Origin: Candidatus Eiseniibacteriota bacterium
GTDB lineage: Bacteria; Eisenbacteria; RBG-16-71-46; CAVPCR01
NCBI GenBank assembly: GCA_963823555.1
Contig: CAWGMA010000002.1
Location: 448,001 to 512,000 of the forward strand
Length of the DNA stretch: 64,000 nt
Direction: 5' to 3'
How positions within the stretch are numbered: the stretch's first letter is position 1; each line of letters opens with the position of its first letter. Of the stretch, positions 1 to 9,310 are shown piece after piece. A model generated the notes under the pieces. That model was not told where the DNA came from and made no database searches. It worked only from the letters and a program-made list of their open reading frames with translations. The position numbers were made by a program, and so were the translations under genes.

Positions 1-415
1 GGAGTCGCTCGAGGTATGGTCGGATCCGGCGCGCTGGGGTCCGGCTCCCGACCGGGCTCTCCTCGGATACCTGCGCGCGATCACGCCGACCGACTTCTTC
101 GACCGTGAGAAGGGGCTCGCACAGGCGGCGCGGTGGGAGCTAGGCTGGTGTCACGCGCGAGTGGGCGAGGTTGCCGAGAAGACGATCTGGACCGATCTCG
201 ATCTCCGGCCGCGCCTCCGCGCCATCACCTGCCCGGTGCTCTTCGTCCATGGCTACCAGGACGTGGCCGGGGAGGCCAACATGCTCGCGGCCAGGGACTC
301 GATCGCGGACGCGACCCTGCGGTTCATCCACCGTGCCGGCCACTACCCGTGGCTCGATCAACCAGATGAAACCTGGAAGGCCGTCCTGCCGTTTCTGGCG
401 GAGTTGCCTCGGTGA
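1..415 (+). CDS. Alpha/beta hydrolase, C-terminal part (5' truncated by window)
   Basis: Frame 2 is open from the window start. 'ITCPVLFVHGYQD' and 'AGHYPWLDQP' match the acid and catalytic His motifs of alpha/beta hydrolases. Confidence 0.85.
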   Translation, partial: ESLEVWSDPARWGPAPDRALLGYLRAITPTDFFDREKGLAQAARWELGWCHARVGEVAEKTIWTDLDLRPRLRAITCPVLFVHGYQDVAGEANMLAARDSIADATLRFIHRAGHYPWLDQPDETWKAVLPFLAELPR

Positions 416-450
416 TTCGTGGCTCGTTCCCGCGAAGGAGGGCGTGCGCA

Positions 451-1008
451 ATGGTCAGAGGTGCGTCCCGGGTGGTTCCGGTTCTTCTCTTCGTGTCCCT
501 GATTCTCGCCGGCCCGGCTGGGGCCGGGCCCGAGGCCGGCAAGGCTCCCGAATCCGGCAAGGCCGGGATGCCGGCCCCCCCGCCGCCGCGCGCGATCCCG
601 GGCCTCACGGCCGAGGATCACTTTCCCCATGCCTGCGTGGACTGTCATCTCAACTACGCGGAGATGAACATGGACACGCGATTCAGCACCCTGCTGAAGC
701 AGTGGTCTGAGCAGGTGGATCCCAAGCTCCTGGCCGAGGCCAAGGCCAGCGCTCCTCAGGGGCTCACCGTCACCGGGAAGCATCCCGATGCCACCCAGGC
801 GCTCGCCGATATCCCGAATGCCTGCCTCCAGTGCCACGACAAGGCGGCGAACGCAGCGCCGCCCTTCTCCCGGATGATCCACCGCATCCACCTGACCGGC
901 GGCAAGGAGAACCCCTTCCTGACCGTCTTCCAGGGTGAGTGCACGCACTGCCACAAGCTAGACCAGTCGACCGGCGAGTGGTCCATTCCCAGCGGACCGG
1001 AGAAGTAG
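451..1008 (+). CDS. Periplasmic triheme cytochrome c
   Basis: AAGGAGG RBS before ATG 451; signal peptide; CVDCH, CLQCH, CTHCH. Confidence 0.85.
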   Translation: MVRGASRVVPVLLFVSLILAGPAGAGPEAGKAPESGKAGMPAPPPPRAIPGLTAEDHFPHACVDCHLNYAEMNMDTRFSTLLKQWSEQVDPKLLAEAKASAPQGLTVTGKHPDATQALADIPNACLQCHDKAANAAPPFSRMIHRIHLTGGKENPFLTVFQGECTHCHKLDQSTGEWSIPSGPEK

Positions 1009-1103
1009 AGAAGGCCGCAACGGATGGAGGTCCAGCGAACGAGGCCGGCGGCCCCGGTGGGGACTGCCGGCCTCGCGCCCGTTTCAGGTGCCGAGCTGTC
1101 GCG

Positions 1104-2879
1104 CTATCTCCCGATCACCACCTTCTGCTCGCTGGGCGGCGTCCCGGTGCCGGGCGCATCGAGGCGCACCCAGTAGATGCCGCCGGCCACCGCCTGGCCG
1201 CGATCGTTGCGGCCATCCCAGCGGAGGCGATGCGCGCCGGGATCGAAGGTGCGATCGGCGAGCGTGCGCACCGTGCGTCCCGCGACGTCGAGGATCGTGA
1301 GCCGCACGCTCGCATCGCGGCCCAGCTCGAAGGGGATCGTGGTTCCGGCGAACGCCGGGTTCGGGTAGACGAGCCCGAGACGCAACGTGGCCGCGCCGGG
1401 TGATTCACTGCCCGCGATGCCGGCCCCTCCGCCCGGGATCACGAACCCGTGCTGGTTCGTGTGCCAGTTGTCATGGAAGAGCGTTCCCCACTCGATGGCA
1501 TCGGCGTTGTAGACCGTCGCGAAGTCCCAGATCGCCACCGCCCCGGTGGAGCCGGTCATGGCCATGTCCAGATCACCATCCATGTCCACGTCACCGAGGG
1601 CCGGCGAGTTGGGCAGGCTCGCCGCGAGCTTGGGGAAGGGGAAATCCGCCGCGTTCGAGCCGTCCACGTTGTAGCCGTGGAACTGGCCCGGCGTGTAGTT
1701 GTCGCCGATCACGATCTCCATCTGGGCCTCGCCGTCGAAGTTGGCGACGATGGCCGAGCCCTCCATGTTGTCGAGCGGCAGCGGCCAGCCGGGGAGCACG
1801 GCCCCCATGTGGTCCCAGGCATAGAAGCTCGGGGCCGCGCTCACCTTGCCGGCGTTGAAGATCTCGAGATCCAGGTCACCGTCCACATCGCCGAGCACCG
1901 GACAGGAGTAGGTCTGCACGCTCGGATACGTGAGCGGGAAGTTGGGGAAGGCCGTCCCGTCGCCGCGATAGGCGTTGATGCGCGTGAAGTTCCCGAACGA
2001 GTAGCCGACGACGAGGACCTCGCGCGATCCGTCGTGGTCGAGATCCCCGATCGAGGGCGCGGCCCAGGAGCTCGAGAGGCCCGTCGCCTGCGGCCAGCCG
2101 GGAAGCACGGTGCCATCCGCGGCGAGGCCATGGAGCATGTTCGTGCTCGCCGTGACCGCGAAGATCTCGGGCCGCGAATCTCCGACCACGTCGCCCACGG
2201 CGAGGGTGCCGCTGACCGTGCCGCCGACGACCCGCGGCCAGCCGGTCACCGTGCTGCCATCGGCATGGTAGGCATAGACCGTCCCGCCGCCGCCGATCAG
2301 GACTTCCGGCACGCCATCGCCATCGAGGTTGGCCACGGTCGGGGCGATGAAGCCGAAGGTGCCGCCCCACGGCCGCGGCCATCCCGAAAGCGGGGTGCCG
2401 TCGTGATGAAGGATGTGGAGCTGGCCCGTCTTCACGGCGATCAGGATCTCGAGATCGCCGTTCCCGTCGAGGTCGGCGGCTGCGGCCTTCGACTGAATCT
2501 GCCCGCCGAGGGCCACGGGCCATCCGGAGAGCAGCGTGCCGTCGTGATTCCACACCCGCAACAGCCCATCGGTCGAGCCGGCGACCACCTCGAGATCGCC
2601 GTTGGCGTCGACATCGGCGAGAGTGACCCCGACCGGCGAGAAGTTGGGGGTCGTGCCCATCAACTGCGGCCAGCCGGACATGATGGGTGGTGGAACGAGT
2701 GCGGAAGGTGTCGCCGGGCCGGGGAGCACCGCGATCGCCTGCGCTTCTCCGGGTGCAAGCGCGGTGATGTCCCCGGTGGCGAGGGCCACGGCGGCGAGAG
2801 CGGGCGCGGGGAGGACGGCCGTGGCGAGGACGAGTGCGAGGACCAGAACCGGGGCATCGCCCCGCAGGGTGGAGCGCAT
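1104..2879 (-). CDS. Secreted FG-GAP/VCBS repeat protein with C-terminal FlgD-Ig (T9SS-like) domain
   Basis: Signal peptide; repeated DxDGDGxxE and 'GWP' units; C-terminal 'YPNP...DVAGRTVRTL...WDGRNDRG...GIYWVRL'. Confidence 0.85.
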   Translation of the reverse strand: MRSTLRGDAPVLVLALVLATAVLPAPALAAVALATGDITALAPGEAQAIAVLPGPATPSALVPPPIMSGWPQLMGTTPNFSPVGVTLADVDANGDLEVVAGSTDGLLRVWNHDGTLLSGWPVALGGQIQSKAAAADLDGNGDLEILIAVKTGQLHILHHDGTPLSGWPRPWGGTFGFIAPTVANLDGDGVPEVLIGGGGTVYAYHADGSTVTGWPRVVGGTVSGTLAVGDVVGDSRPEIFAVTASTNMLHGLAADGTVLPGWPQATGLSSSWAAPSIGDLDHDGSREVLVVGYSFGNFTRINAYRGDGTAFPNFPLTYPSVQTYSCPVLGDVDGDLDLEIFNAGKVSAAPSFYAWDHMGAVLPGWPLPLDNMEGSAIVANFDGEAQMEIVIGDNYTPGQFHGYNVDGSNAADFPFPKLAASLPNSPALGDVDMDGDLDMAMTGSTGAVAIWDFATVYNADAIEWGTLFHDNWHTNQHGFVIPGGGAGIAGSESPGAATLRLGLVYPNPAFAGTTIPFELGRDASVRLTILDVAGRTVRTLADRTFDPGAHRLRWDGRNDRGQAVAGGIYWVRLDAPGTGTPPSEQKVVIGR

Positions 2880-2987
2880 GGATGACCTCCTCAGTGGGGA
2901 TGGGGCTTGCGCGCAGGCCCGGGGATTCTATCATGATGGATGGCTCATCGGCAGCCGGACTGGATGAGCGATGAGGAGGAAAGACGG

Positions 2988-3620
2988 ATGAGTGCAAGCA
3001 AGATCGCAGGCGCCATGCTCACGGCCGGCGGGATCCTGATGCTCGTGATGTCCTCGGCCTCTGCCGCCGGTGAGACGGCAATGCCAGGCGCCGGTGAGCG
3101 CGAGATCGCAGTCGCTCGCGCCATCGCGGCGATGGACTCCCTGCAGGCGGGCCTTCTCCACCGGCTTCGCGCCGAGCTCGAACGCGGCGGCCCGCAGGCG
3201 GCAGTGGCTGTGTGCCGGGATTCGGCCGCGGTCATCACGGCGCGCATCGCTCGGGCCGAGGGTCTCGAGCTGGGACGGACGAGCCATCGCCTGCGCAATC
3301 CCGCCAATGCGCCGCGGGACTGGGCCCGCAGCACCGTCGCGGGCGCCGCCGGCAAGAAGGCGGCGGCGGAGAGCCTCCACGTCTTCGATCTGGGAGAGCG
3401 TCTTGGCGTGCTCCGGCCGATCGGGATCGCTTCTCCGTGCATGAACTGCCACGGGAGCCCGGAGATGGTGCAGCGAGCGATCGGTCCGGCTCTCGCCGCG
3501 ACCTATCCCGAAGATGCGGCCGTGGGATTCGCCCCGGGGGATCTCCGCGGTTTCATGTGGGCCGAGGTCCCGCCGGCGAGCCCACGGGCAGCGCCCGGCG
3601 AGAGCGAGCCGCGCCGCTGA
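2988..3620 (+). CDS. Tll0287/DUF3365-like c-type heme protein
   Basis: GAGGAGG RBS; signal peptide; 'RTSHRLRNPANAP', CMNCHG and 'GFAPGDLRG' are typical of this family. Confidence 0.8.
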   Translation: MSASKIAGAMLTAGGILMLVMSSASAAGETAMPGAGEREIAVARAIAAMDSLQAGLLHRLRAELERGGPQAAVAVCRDSAAVITARIARAEGLELGRTSHRLRNPANAPRDWARSTVAGAAGKKAAAESLHVFDLGERLGVLRPIGIASPCMNCHGSPEMVQRAIGPALAATYPEDAAVGFAPGDLRGFMWAEVPPASPRAAPGESEPRR

Positions 3621-3644
3621 TCGGCCGGCCGGCGCCCGCCGGCC

Positions 3645-4439
3645 TCAGGCCGCCGCGCCGCCGCGGGCGCGGGGCGCCCTTTGGCGGGCGAAGGCGGTGA
3701 CGATGTAGGAGCCGCTCTTCTGGTCCTTCTCGAGATCGACGATCTTGTGGGTCTCGGCGTCCTCCAGCAGCTCCGAGAACGTCACGTAATCGTAGTAGCC
3801 TTCATCGAACTGCGGTCGCTTGCGCTTGATCGTCTCCTTGATCATCGATGCCCACAGGATGTCCTTGTTCTCGCGCTTCAAGGAGACGATGGCTTCGAGG
3901 AGGAGGGCGAAGGCCTGCTGCTTCTTCTTCGGCAGAGTGGACTTGATGGCGGCGGTCTGCGCCTGCGGCGGGCGCACCAGGTCCTCGTAGAAGATGAACT
4001 CGTCGCAGTTGTCGATGAGGAGATCGGAGGTCGAGTTCTTGACGCCGACCCCGATCACGTGCTTGTCGTTCTCCTTGAGCTTCGACACGAGCGGTGAGAA
4101 GTCGCTGTCGCCCGAGGCGATGACGAAGGTGTCGATGTGTTCCTTGGCGTAGCAGAGATCGATGGCGTCGACGACGAGCTTGATGTCGGCCGAGTTCTTT
4201 CCGCTGTAGTGCTTCTGCGGGATGTCGATGAGCTCGATCGCGGCCTCGTGGAAGACACGCTTGTAGTCGCTGTAGCGCTCCCAGTCGGCGTAGGCGCGCT
4301 TGACGACGATCTTCCCCTTGTCGAGTAGGCGGCGGAGCACGAGGTGGACATCGAAGTCCTTGTACTGGGCGCGCTTCGCGCCCATGGCGATGTTCTCGAA
4401 GTCGATGAGGACGGCGATCTTGCTTTCCACTTCTGGCAT
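3645..4439 (-). CDS. NYN (LabA/DUF88, PIN-like) domain protein with C-terminal OST-HTH
   Basis: 'IDFEN', 'GKNSADIKLVVDA', 'SGDSDFSPLV'; C-terminal 'PQFDEGYY..TFSELL'. Confidence 0.9.
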   Translation of the reverse strand: MPEVESKIAVLIDFENIAMGAKRAQYKDFDVHLVLRRLLDKGKIVVKRAYADWERYSDYKRVFHEAAIELIDIPQKHYSGKNSADIKLVVDAIDLCYAKEHIDTFVIASGDSDFSPLVSKLKENDKHVIGVGVKNSTSDLLIDNCDEFIFYEDLVRPPQAQTAAIKSTLPKKKQQAFALLLEAIVSLKRENKDILWASMIKETIKRKRPQFDEGYYDYVTFSELLEDAETHKIVDLEKDQKSGSYIVTAFARQRAPRARGGAAA

Positions 4440-4798
4440 GAGGCCTCCAGGGACCGCGCCCGACGCGGGCGCGGCCTTTCCGGATGGCCATTCTAGCCCA
4501 GCACGGCGGGGGAAAGGGCTCGATCCTCCGCTTGGCGACGAGGCCGGGAAGTCTGGCCACCATGATCGGCCATGACATGATGTCCAGCCCTCGCAGGGAG
4601 CACTGCCCTTCTTTCCGGGAGGGTTTCGACCAGAGAGGGCCTGACTGCCATTCTGCCGGCCATCGTCCCTGCATAGGCCAACTTAGAGCCGTTCTTCGGG
4701 TGGTCGCTTTCTTGCTTGCTCTAACCCCATCGGGCCTGGCCTGTCCGACATGGACGATCCAACAGGCTCCCTGGAGCCGGTTCCACAGGAGGTACAAC

Positions 4799-5368
4799 GT
4801 GAGCACGCGCTGGACGATCATCGGCCTCGCCATCGCAGCCCTGGGCCTCGGCCTCTTGACCAGCTCGGTGACTCCCCGGGCCTGGTCCTTTCCTGACTTC
4901 TTCTCGAGTCGCTGTGCTTCCTGTCATACCGATGACACGCCCAGCTGTGTGGGTTGCCATCACCACCGGGGCACTCTCAACGCCACGACCGATCTCACGG
5001 AGTACCCGCCAGGTGCCGCCGTGACCGTGACCTTCACCGGCGGGACCCGTGGGGGCTGGATCCGCGCTCTCCTCTACGACCAGAACAACGTGGAGATCGA
5101 TCGCAAGACCGGCCCCACCGGGACCGGCGACGACGGTCAGCCCAATCCCGTGGTGTTCCCGGTGACGCTGACCGGTCAGGCGCCGGCCGAGGCCGGAACC
5201 TATACCTGGAGCGCCGCCTGGTTCGGCAACCTGAACGACGGCGGCGCGACGCACGGCGAGAACCTCCGTACCTTCACCGTCCGGGTGGTGGCGCCGACCT
5301 CGGTTCCCGATCAGGACTCGCCCACGGCTCCGAGCACCTGGGGCTGGATCAAGGGGCTCTTCGACTAG
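4799..5368 (+). CDS. Secreted diheme cytochrome c with Ig/Reeler-like domain and TWGxIK tail
   Basis: GGAGGT RBS before GTG 4799; signal peptide; CASCH and CVGCH; ends 'STWGWIKGLFD'. Confidence 0.75.
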   Translation: MSTRWTIIGLAIAALGLGLLTSSVTPRAWSFPDFFSSRCASCHTDDTPSCVGCHHHRGTLNATTDLTEYPPGAAVTVTFTGGTRGGWIRALLYDQNNVEIDRKTGPTGTGDDGQPNPVVFPVTLTGQAPAEAGTYTWSAAWFGNLNDGGATHGENLRTFTVRVVAPTSVPDQDSPTAPSTWGWIKGLFD

Positions 5369-5478
5369 GCAGAACGCCACGGGTGGATGCGCCCGCTGCT
5401 GTATAATAAAGGGCTTGGGGGGGCCGGCAAAAAGGCTGGCCCCCGCCCGGGCCGCGCGACATCGGAGGAATGTGCAGC

Positions 5479-6703
5479 ATGAGCCAACGCGCCCGCCCTG
5501 CCCTGGCCTCCTTCCTTGCCGCTCTTGTCGCCTGCGCCCTGTTCTCGGCACCGGCCGCCGCCTACCGCGCGCGTCACGCCATCATCGTCGTCGTCGACGG
5601 TGCCCGGCTGAGCGAGACCTTCGAGGATCCCGCCCACCAGTACGTCCCGCACACCTGGAACGAGCTCGTGCCCATCGGCACGCGCTTTACCGAGTTCCAC
5701 AACGACGGGCTCACCGAGACCGTGTCCGGTCACGCCAGCATCGTCACCGGGCACGTGGCAGGTGCTTCCCGATGATGGATCCGTCCGTCCGTCACAACCC
5801 ACGCTTTTCGAGTACTACCGGGCCCACACCGGCGCTCCCGAGCAACGCGCCTGGATCGTCGGCGGCAAGTACAAGCTCAACTCCTGCAGCTACAGCACGC
5901 ATCCCTTCTACGGCAGTGCGTATCGCGCCAGCACCGACAACTTCACGCGACCCGACGAATACACCTACAACGAGTTCAAGCAAGAGCTGGCGGATTACGC
6001 TCCCACGATCGCGCTCCTGAGCCTGTCGCAGACGGATTTCGAAGGCCACGACGGCAACTGGGATCGCTACACCGCGAGCATCGCCACCACCGATTCGATA
6101 CTCATCGACCTCTGGAACTGGCTCGAAGACCAGCCGGATTTCTCGGGGCAGACGGCACTCTTCCTCGTCAACGATCACGGGCGCCATCTCATCGACTGGA
6201 CGAATCACGGTGACACGTGTCTCGGATGTGTGCGCCTGAACTTCCTCGCCCTCGGCCCCGACTTCTTCCGGGGCACGGTGGTCGGCGACCTCGCCCAGCA
6301 GATCGACATCTGTCCCACCATCGCCGATCTCCTCGGCTTCCCGGCCCCCCTGGCCAGCGGCCGGAGCCTGCTGCGCCAGATCATCGGGATCGAGATGGAC
6401 CCCGCGTCGCCGCCGGCCGGCGGACCGGCGATCGAAGAGATCGCCCTGGCCCCGAACCCCTTCAACCCGCTCCTCCGCATCCAGGTGGATCTCCGCCGGA
6501 GCGCCCCGCTCGCGGTCGAGGTGTGCGATGTCGAGGGACGCAAGGTGCGCTCGCTGTGGCAAGGAGTCGCCGGTCCCGGTGCCCATGCCTTCACCTGGGA
6601 TGGCCGCGGCGAGGGCGGGCGTCCCCAGGCCGGCGGCTGGTACGCGATCGTCGTGCGCAGCGGGAACGAGGTCACGACGGAGAAGGCGGTCCTCGTCAAG
6701 TAA
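5479..6703 (+). CDS. Alkaline phosphatase/sulfatase-superfamily protein with FlgD-Ig CTD (one +1 frameshift at ~5750)
   Basis: ORFs 5470-5775 and 5762-6703 join if one G is removed from 'accgggcacg'. Motifs VVVDG, T.SGH, D..GH, NDHG; WDGR-type CTD. Confidence 0.8.
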
Positions 6704-7463
6704 CGAGCGCCGCGATCTCCTCCGCGAACCAGCGCGCCGCCTTCTCGCGCTTGGCCTCGAGATCGGCGCGATCCGTGATGAAGAACAGAGGGTGAAGCGC
6801 ATCGAGGGTCTCGCGGGGCAGGTCGTGGCTCAGGTAGTAGACGCCGAACGCGTGGCGGGACGGGCTGTGACGAATGCGCAGCACCTCGACGAGCGATCCC
6901 AGGACCGCGCGATGATAGAAGTCGATTGCCTCGAGATCCTGGCCGCGCGCGAGGTACTTGTCGAAGAAGGGCCAGAACATCTCGGCCCGGGCGCGTAGAC
7001 GCCGGCCGCGCTCGGCGAGCTTGAGGGCCAGAGCCGCCGGATCGACGTGAGGGATGGTGACGCGCCCATCCTTGTTGAAGTGGAACACCACCTCGCCATG
7101 GATCTCCGGCTCCAGGAACTTGTCGCTCGCACCATGCCGGACGACGGCCAGATCGATGAGCAGGTAGGGGCTCGTACCACGGAGAAGGAAGAAGCTCTGC
7201 ACGTACCCGCCGCCGGGAGGCGGCGGCATGTCGAGCCGGCGCGAGATCGGCGCGAGATCGGCCAGCGCCCGAGCAGCCACCTCGAGGGTCTCCTCGGCGC
7301 GATCATCGGCGACGTCGACGTAGAGATCGATGTCGGACCATTGGTCGAGGCGCCCGAAGGCGATGGCGCCCCCCTCCCACATCGCAAAGACATGATCGAG
7401 CGGCTCGAGAGCCGCGACCAGCTTGGCGACGATCGGCTCGCGCGCGAGCGACCTTCGAGTCAT
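6696..7463 (-). CDS. Nucleotidyltransferase domain protein (Pol-beta superfamily)
   Basis: 'GGAIAFGRLDQWSDIDL' GS..DxD-type motif; helical C-terminal domain. Confidence 0.75.
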   Translation of the reverse strand: MTRRSLAREPIVAKLVAALEPLDHVFAMWEGGAIAFGRLDQWSDIDLYVDVADDRAEETLEVAARALADLAPISRRLDMPPPPGGGYVQSFFLLRGTSPYLLIDLAVVRHGASDKFLEPEIHGEVVFHFNKDGRVTIPHVDPAALALKLAERGRRLRARAEMFWPFFDKYLARGQDLEAIDFYHRAVLGSLVEVLRIRHSPSRHAFGVYYLSHDLPRETLDALHPLFFITDRADLEAKREKAARWFAEEIAALVT

Positions 7464-7849
7464 CGCGAACCTTCGGGCTTCAACAGCACCTTGACCAGTA
7501 CCCGCTCGGCGGCGATGAAGGCGAGGCCGATCGCGAGCGGTGCGATGCCGCGGACGCTCGCGCGGGCGCCGTCCTCGACGCCGATCGCGATCATCGCGGC
7601 CACCCCGGCGAACAGGAGGGTCACGCCGAGGACCAGGAGCCAGGCCCGCGCCTTCCGCATGTCGCCGTTGGTTCGCGGCGGTGGCGCCAGGAGCTCGGGC
7701 GGGATCGGGAGCCCCTTCTCGGCGAGCAGCATGCGCTCGCGGTGCAGCCGATCTTGGGCCTTGAAGCGCAGGAACATGGAGACCAGAGCGATGATGAGGA
7801 TGACCGACAACATCACCATGGTCACGAGAACGGGTGCCAGAGATTCCAT
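7460..7849 (-). CDS. Small membrane protein, DUF6249-like
   Basis: GGAGG RBS; TM helix, 'ERMLLAEKGLPIP', then two more TM helices; divergent from the ECF sigma factor. Confidence 0.7.
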   Translation of the reverse strand: MESLAPVLVTMVMLSVILIIALVSMFLRFKAQDRLHRERMLLAEKGLPIPPELLAPPPRTNGDMRKARAWLLVLGVTLLFAGVAAMIAIGVEDGARASVRGIAPLAIGLAFIAAERVLVKVLLKPEGSR

Positions 7850-7933
7850 TTGAGCTACCTCCCCGGGGCCTGATCCAGGCTCGCCCTTCCGGTCTGGCGG
7901 CGAGATCGAGATCCTCCGGCCATCACTTGAATC

Positions 7934-7961
7934 AGACTCCGGCCCGGGGGCCATTGTTTCG
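7934..7961 (-). promoter_or_regulatory. Putative ECF sigma promoter (CGAAAC-N17-AGTCT) for the DUF6249-like operon
   Basis: Minus strand GAAACAAT...GTCT, matching the + strand copy at 7989-8016. Confidence 0.55.
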
Positions 7962-7988
7962 CCGCGTCTGGCCAGGCGGGGTGGGGCG

Positions 7989-8016
7989 TGAAACAATCGA
8001 TGTCCGGAGGCGTCTA
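7989..8016 (+). promoter_or_regulatory. Putative autoregulatory ECF promoter TGAAAC-N16-CGTCTA
   Basis: SigW/RpoE-type -35/-10 elements about 100 bp upstream of the ECF gene. Confidence 0.65.
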
Positions 8017-8118
8017 TCGCCTTGGATGGGCCCGCCCCGGCAGCCGGTCGGTGGCGGGCGAGCCGCGAGCCTGGCTGCCGGATGCCGGCGGCGGGTCGCA
8101 AGGGCGGGAAGGGGGCCG

Positions 8119-8727
8119 ATGGCGACGAGCCGCTCGCTCACCGCGCTGAGCGACGAGGAACTGGCGGCGCGCTGCCGGAGCGGCCGCGATGATCAGGCCT
8201 TCGCCGAGCTTGTCGACCGCCATCAGCGTGCCATCTGCCGCTACGTGCGGCAGATCGTCGGAGACGCCGACAGTGAGGATCTGGCGCAGGATGTCTTCCT
8301 CAGGGCCTACCAGGCTCTGCCTCGCTTCCGTGGCGAGGCGAGCTTTCGCACCTGGCTCTATCGCATCGCGCGCAACCGGTGCTTCACCGAGCTCCGGAGC
8401 CGAGGCCGCCGCGGTGAGGCGATCCCGTTCGGCGAGGAGGGTGGCGACATGATTCACTCCTTGTTGCCGGATGACGCTCCAGGGCTTGCCGAGGAGATCG
8501 CGCGCGAGGATCTCTCCGCCCGCGTGCGGGAGAAGGTGGCCGCGCTTCCCGTGCAGTACCGCCAGGTGCTCACGCTCTTCTATCTGGACGAGATGCGCTA
8601 CGAGGAGATCGCCTCGATCCTCGATGTGCCCATGGGAACCGTGAAGACCTGGATCCATCGCGCTCGGCTCCGCCTGCGCGACCTCATCGTCAGGGAGCCC
8701 GCGTTCGAGAAGGAGCGGCGGCCATGA
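8119..8727 (+). CDS. ECF RNA polymerase sigma-70 factor
   Basis: 'EDLAQDVFLRAY', 'FRTWLYRIARN', 'YEEIASILDVPMGTVKTWIHRAR'. Confidence 0.95.
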   Translation: MATSRSLTALSDEELAARCRSGRDDQAFAELVDRHQRAICRYVRQIVGDADSEDLAQDVFLRAYQALPRFRGEASFRTWLYRIARNRCFTELRSRGRRGEAIPFGEEGGDMIHSLLPDDAPGLAEEIAREDLSARVREKVAALPVQYRQVLTLFYLDEMRYEEIASILDVPMGTVKTWIHRARLRLRDLIVREPAFEKERRP

Positions 8728-9254
8728 CATGCCGGGACATCATCGAGATCATCGCCCGGGCCGAGGCCGGACTCCTCGATCCCGGTGTATCGGCGGCGTT
8801 CGACCGGCATCTGGCCGAATGCCCTCGCTGCCGGGCGGAGAGGGTGCTCGCGACCCGATTGACCGCGGCGCTCCGCGCGGATCCGGGGCCTGCGCCCGCG
8901 AGCGATTTCACGGCGCGTGTTCTCGATCGCGTCCGCACGGCCCACGCCGAGTCTCCCCAGCGCTGGTGGACGCCGATCATCCCGGCCATGGCGCTCGTGC
9001 TCTCGATTCTCGCGATCCGGCCCGTGCTCCCCGCCCTTCCGTTGCCAGGGATCGGGGAAGGGCTCCGTTCCCTTCTCCTGCCGGCGCTCGGCTGGATGGA
9101 GAACGGTCTCACCACTCTCGGCCTCGGTACCGCGCCCGGTGGATTCGCGGGCGCTCTTCCTCTCTACGCCCTGCCCGCGGTGGTGTTCACCGCCTGCGTG
9201 TCGGGGATCCTGGTGTGGGTCACACGTGAGGCTTATGCTTACCGGGTAGAGTGA
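8724..9254 (+). CDS. Zinc-finger (zf-HC2) membrane anti-sigma factor
   Basis: HLAECPRC (HxxxCxxC), TM helices, ATGA overlap with the sigma gene. Confidence 0.88.
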   Translation: MTCRDIIEIIARAEAGLLDPGVSAAFDRHLAECPRCRAERVLATRLTAALRADPGPAPASDFTARVLDRVRTAHAESPQRWWTPIIPAMALVLSILAIRPVLPALPLPGIGEGLRSLLLPALGWMENGLTTLGLGTAPGGFAGALPLYALPAVVFTACVSGILVWVTREAYAYRVE

Positions 9255-9310
9255 GTCCCGGAGGCACGCGGTATCCCGGAGGCGGTACCGGTTCTCAGGG
9301 AGGTGCTGTG

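Noticed and set aside
5740..5775. Programmed frameshifting or phase variation at 5750, 36790 and 63836
   Set aside because: No slippery heptamer or long homopolymer. Scattered single indels are more simply explained as sequencing errors.
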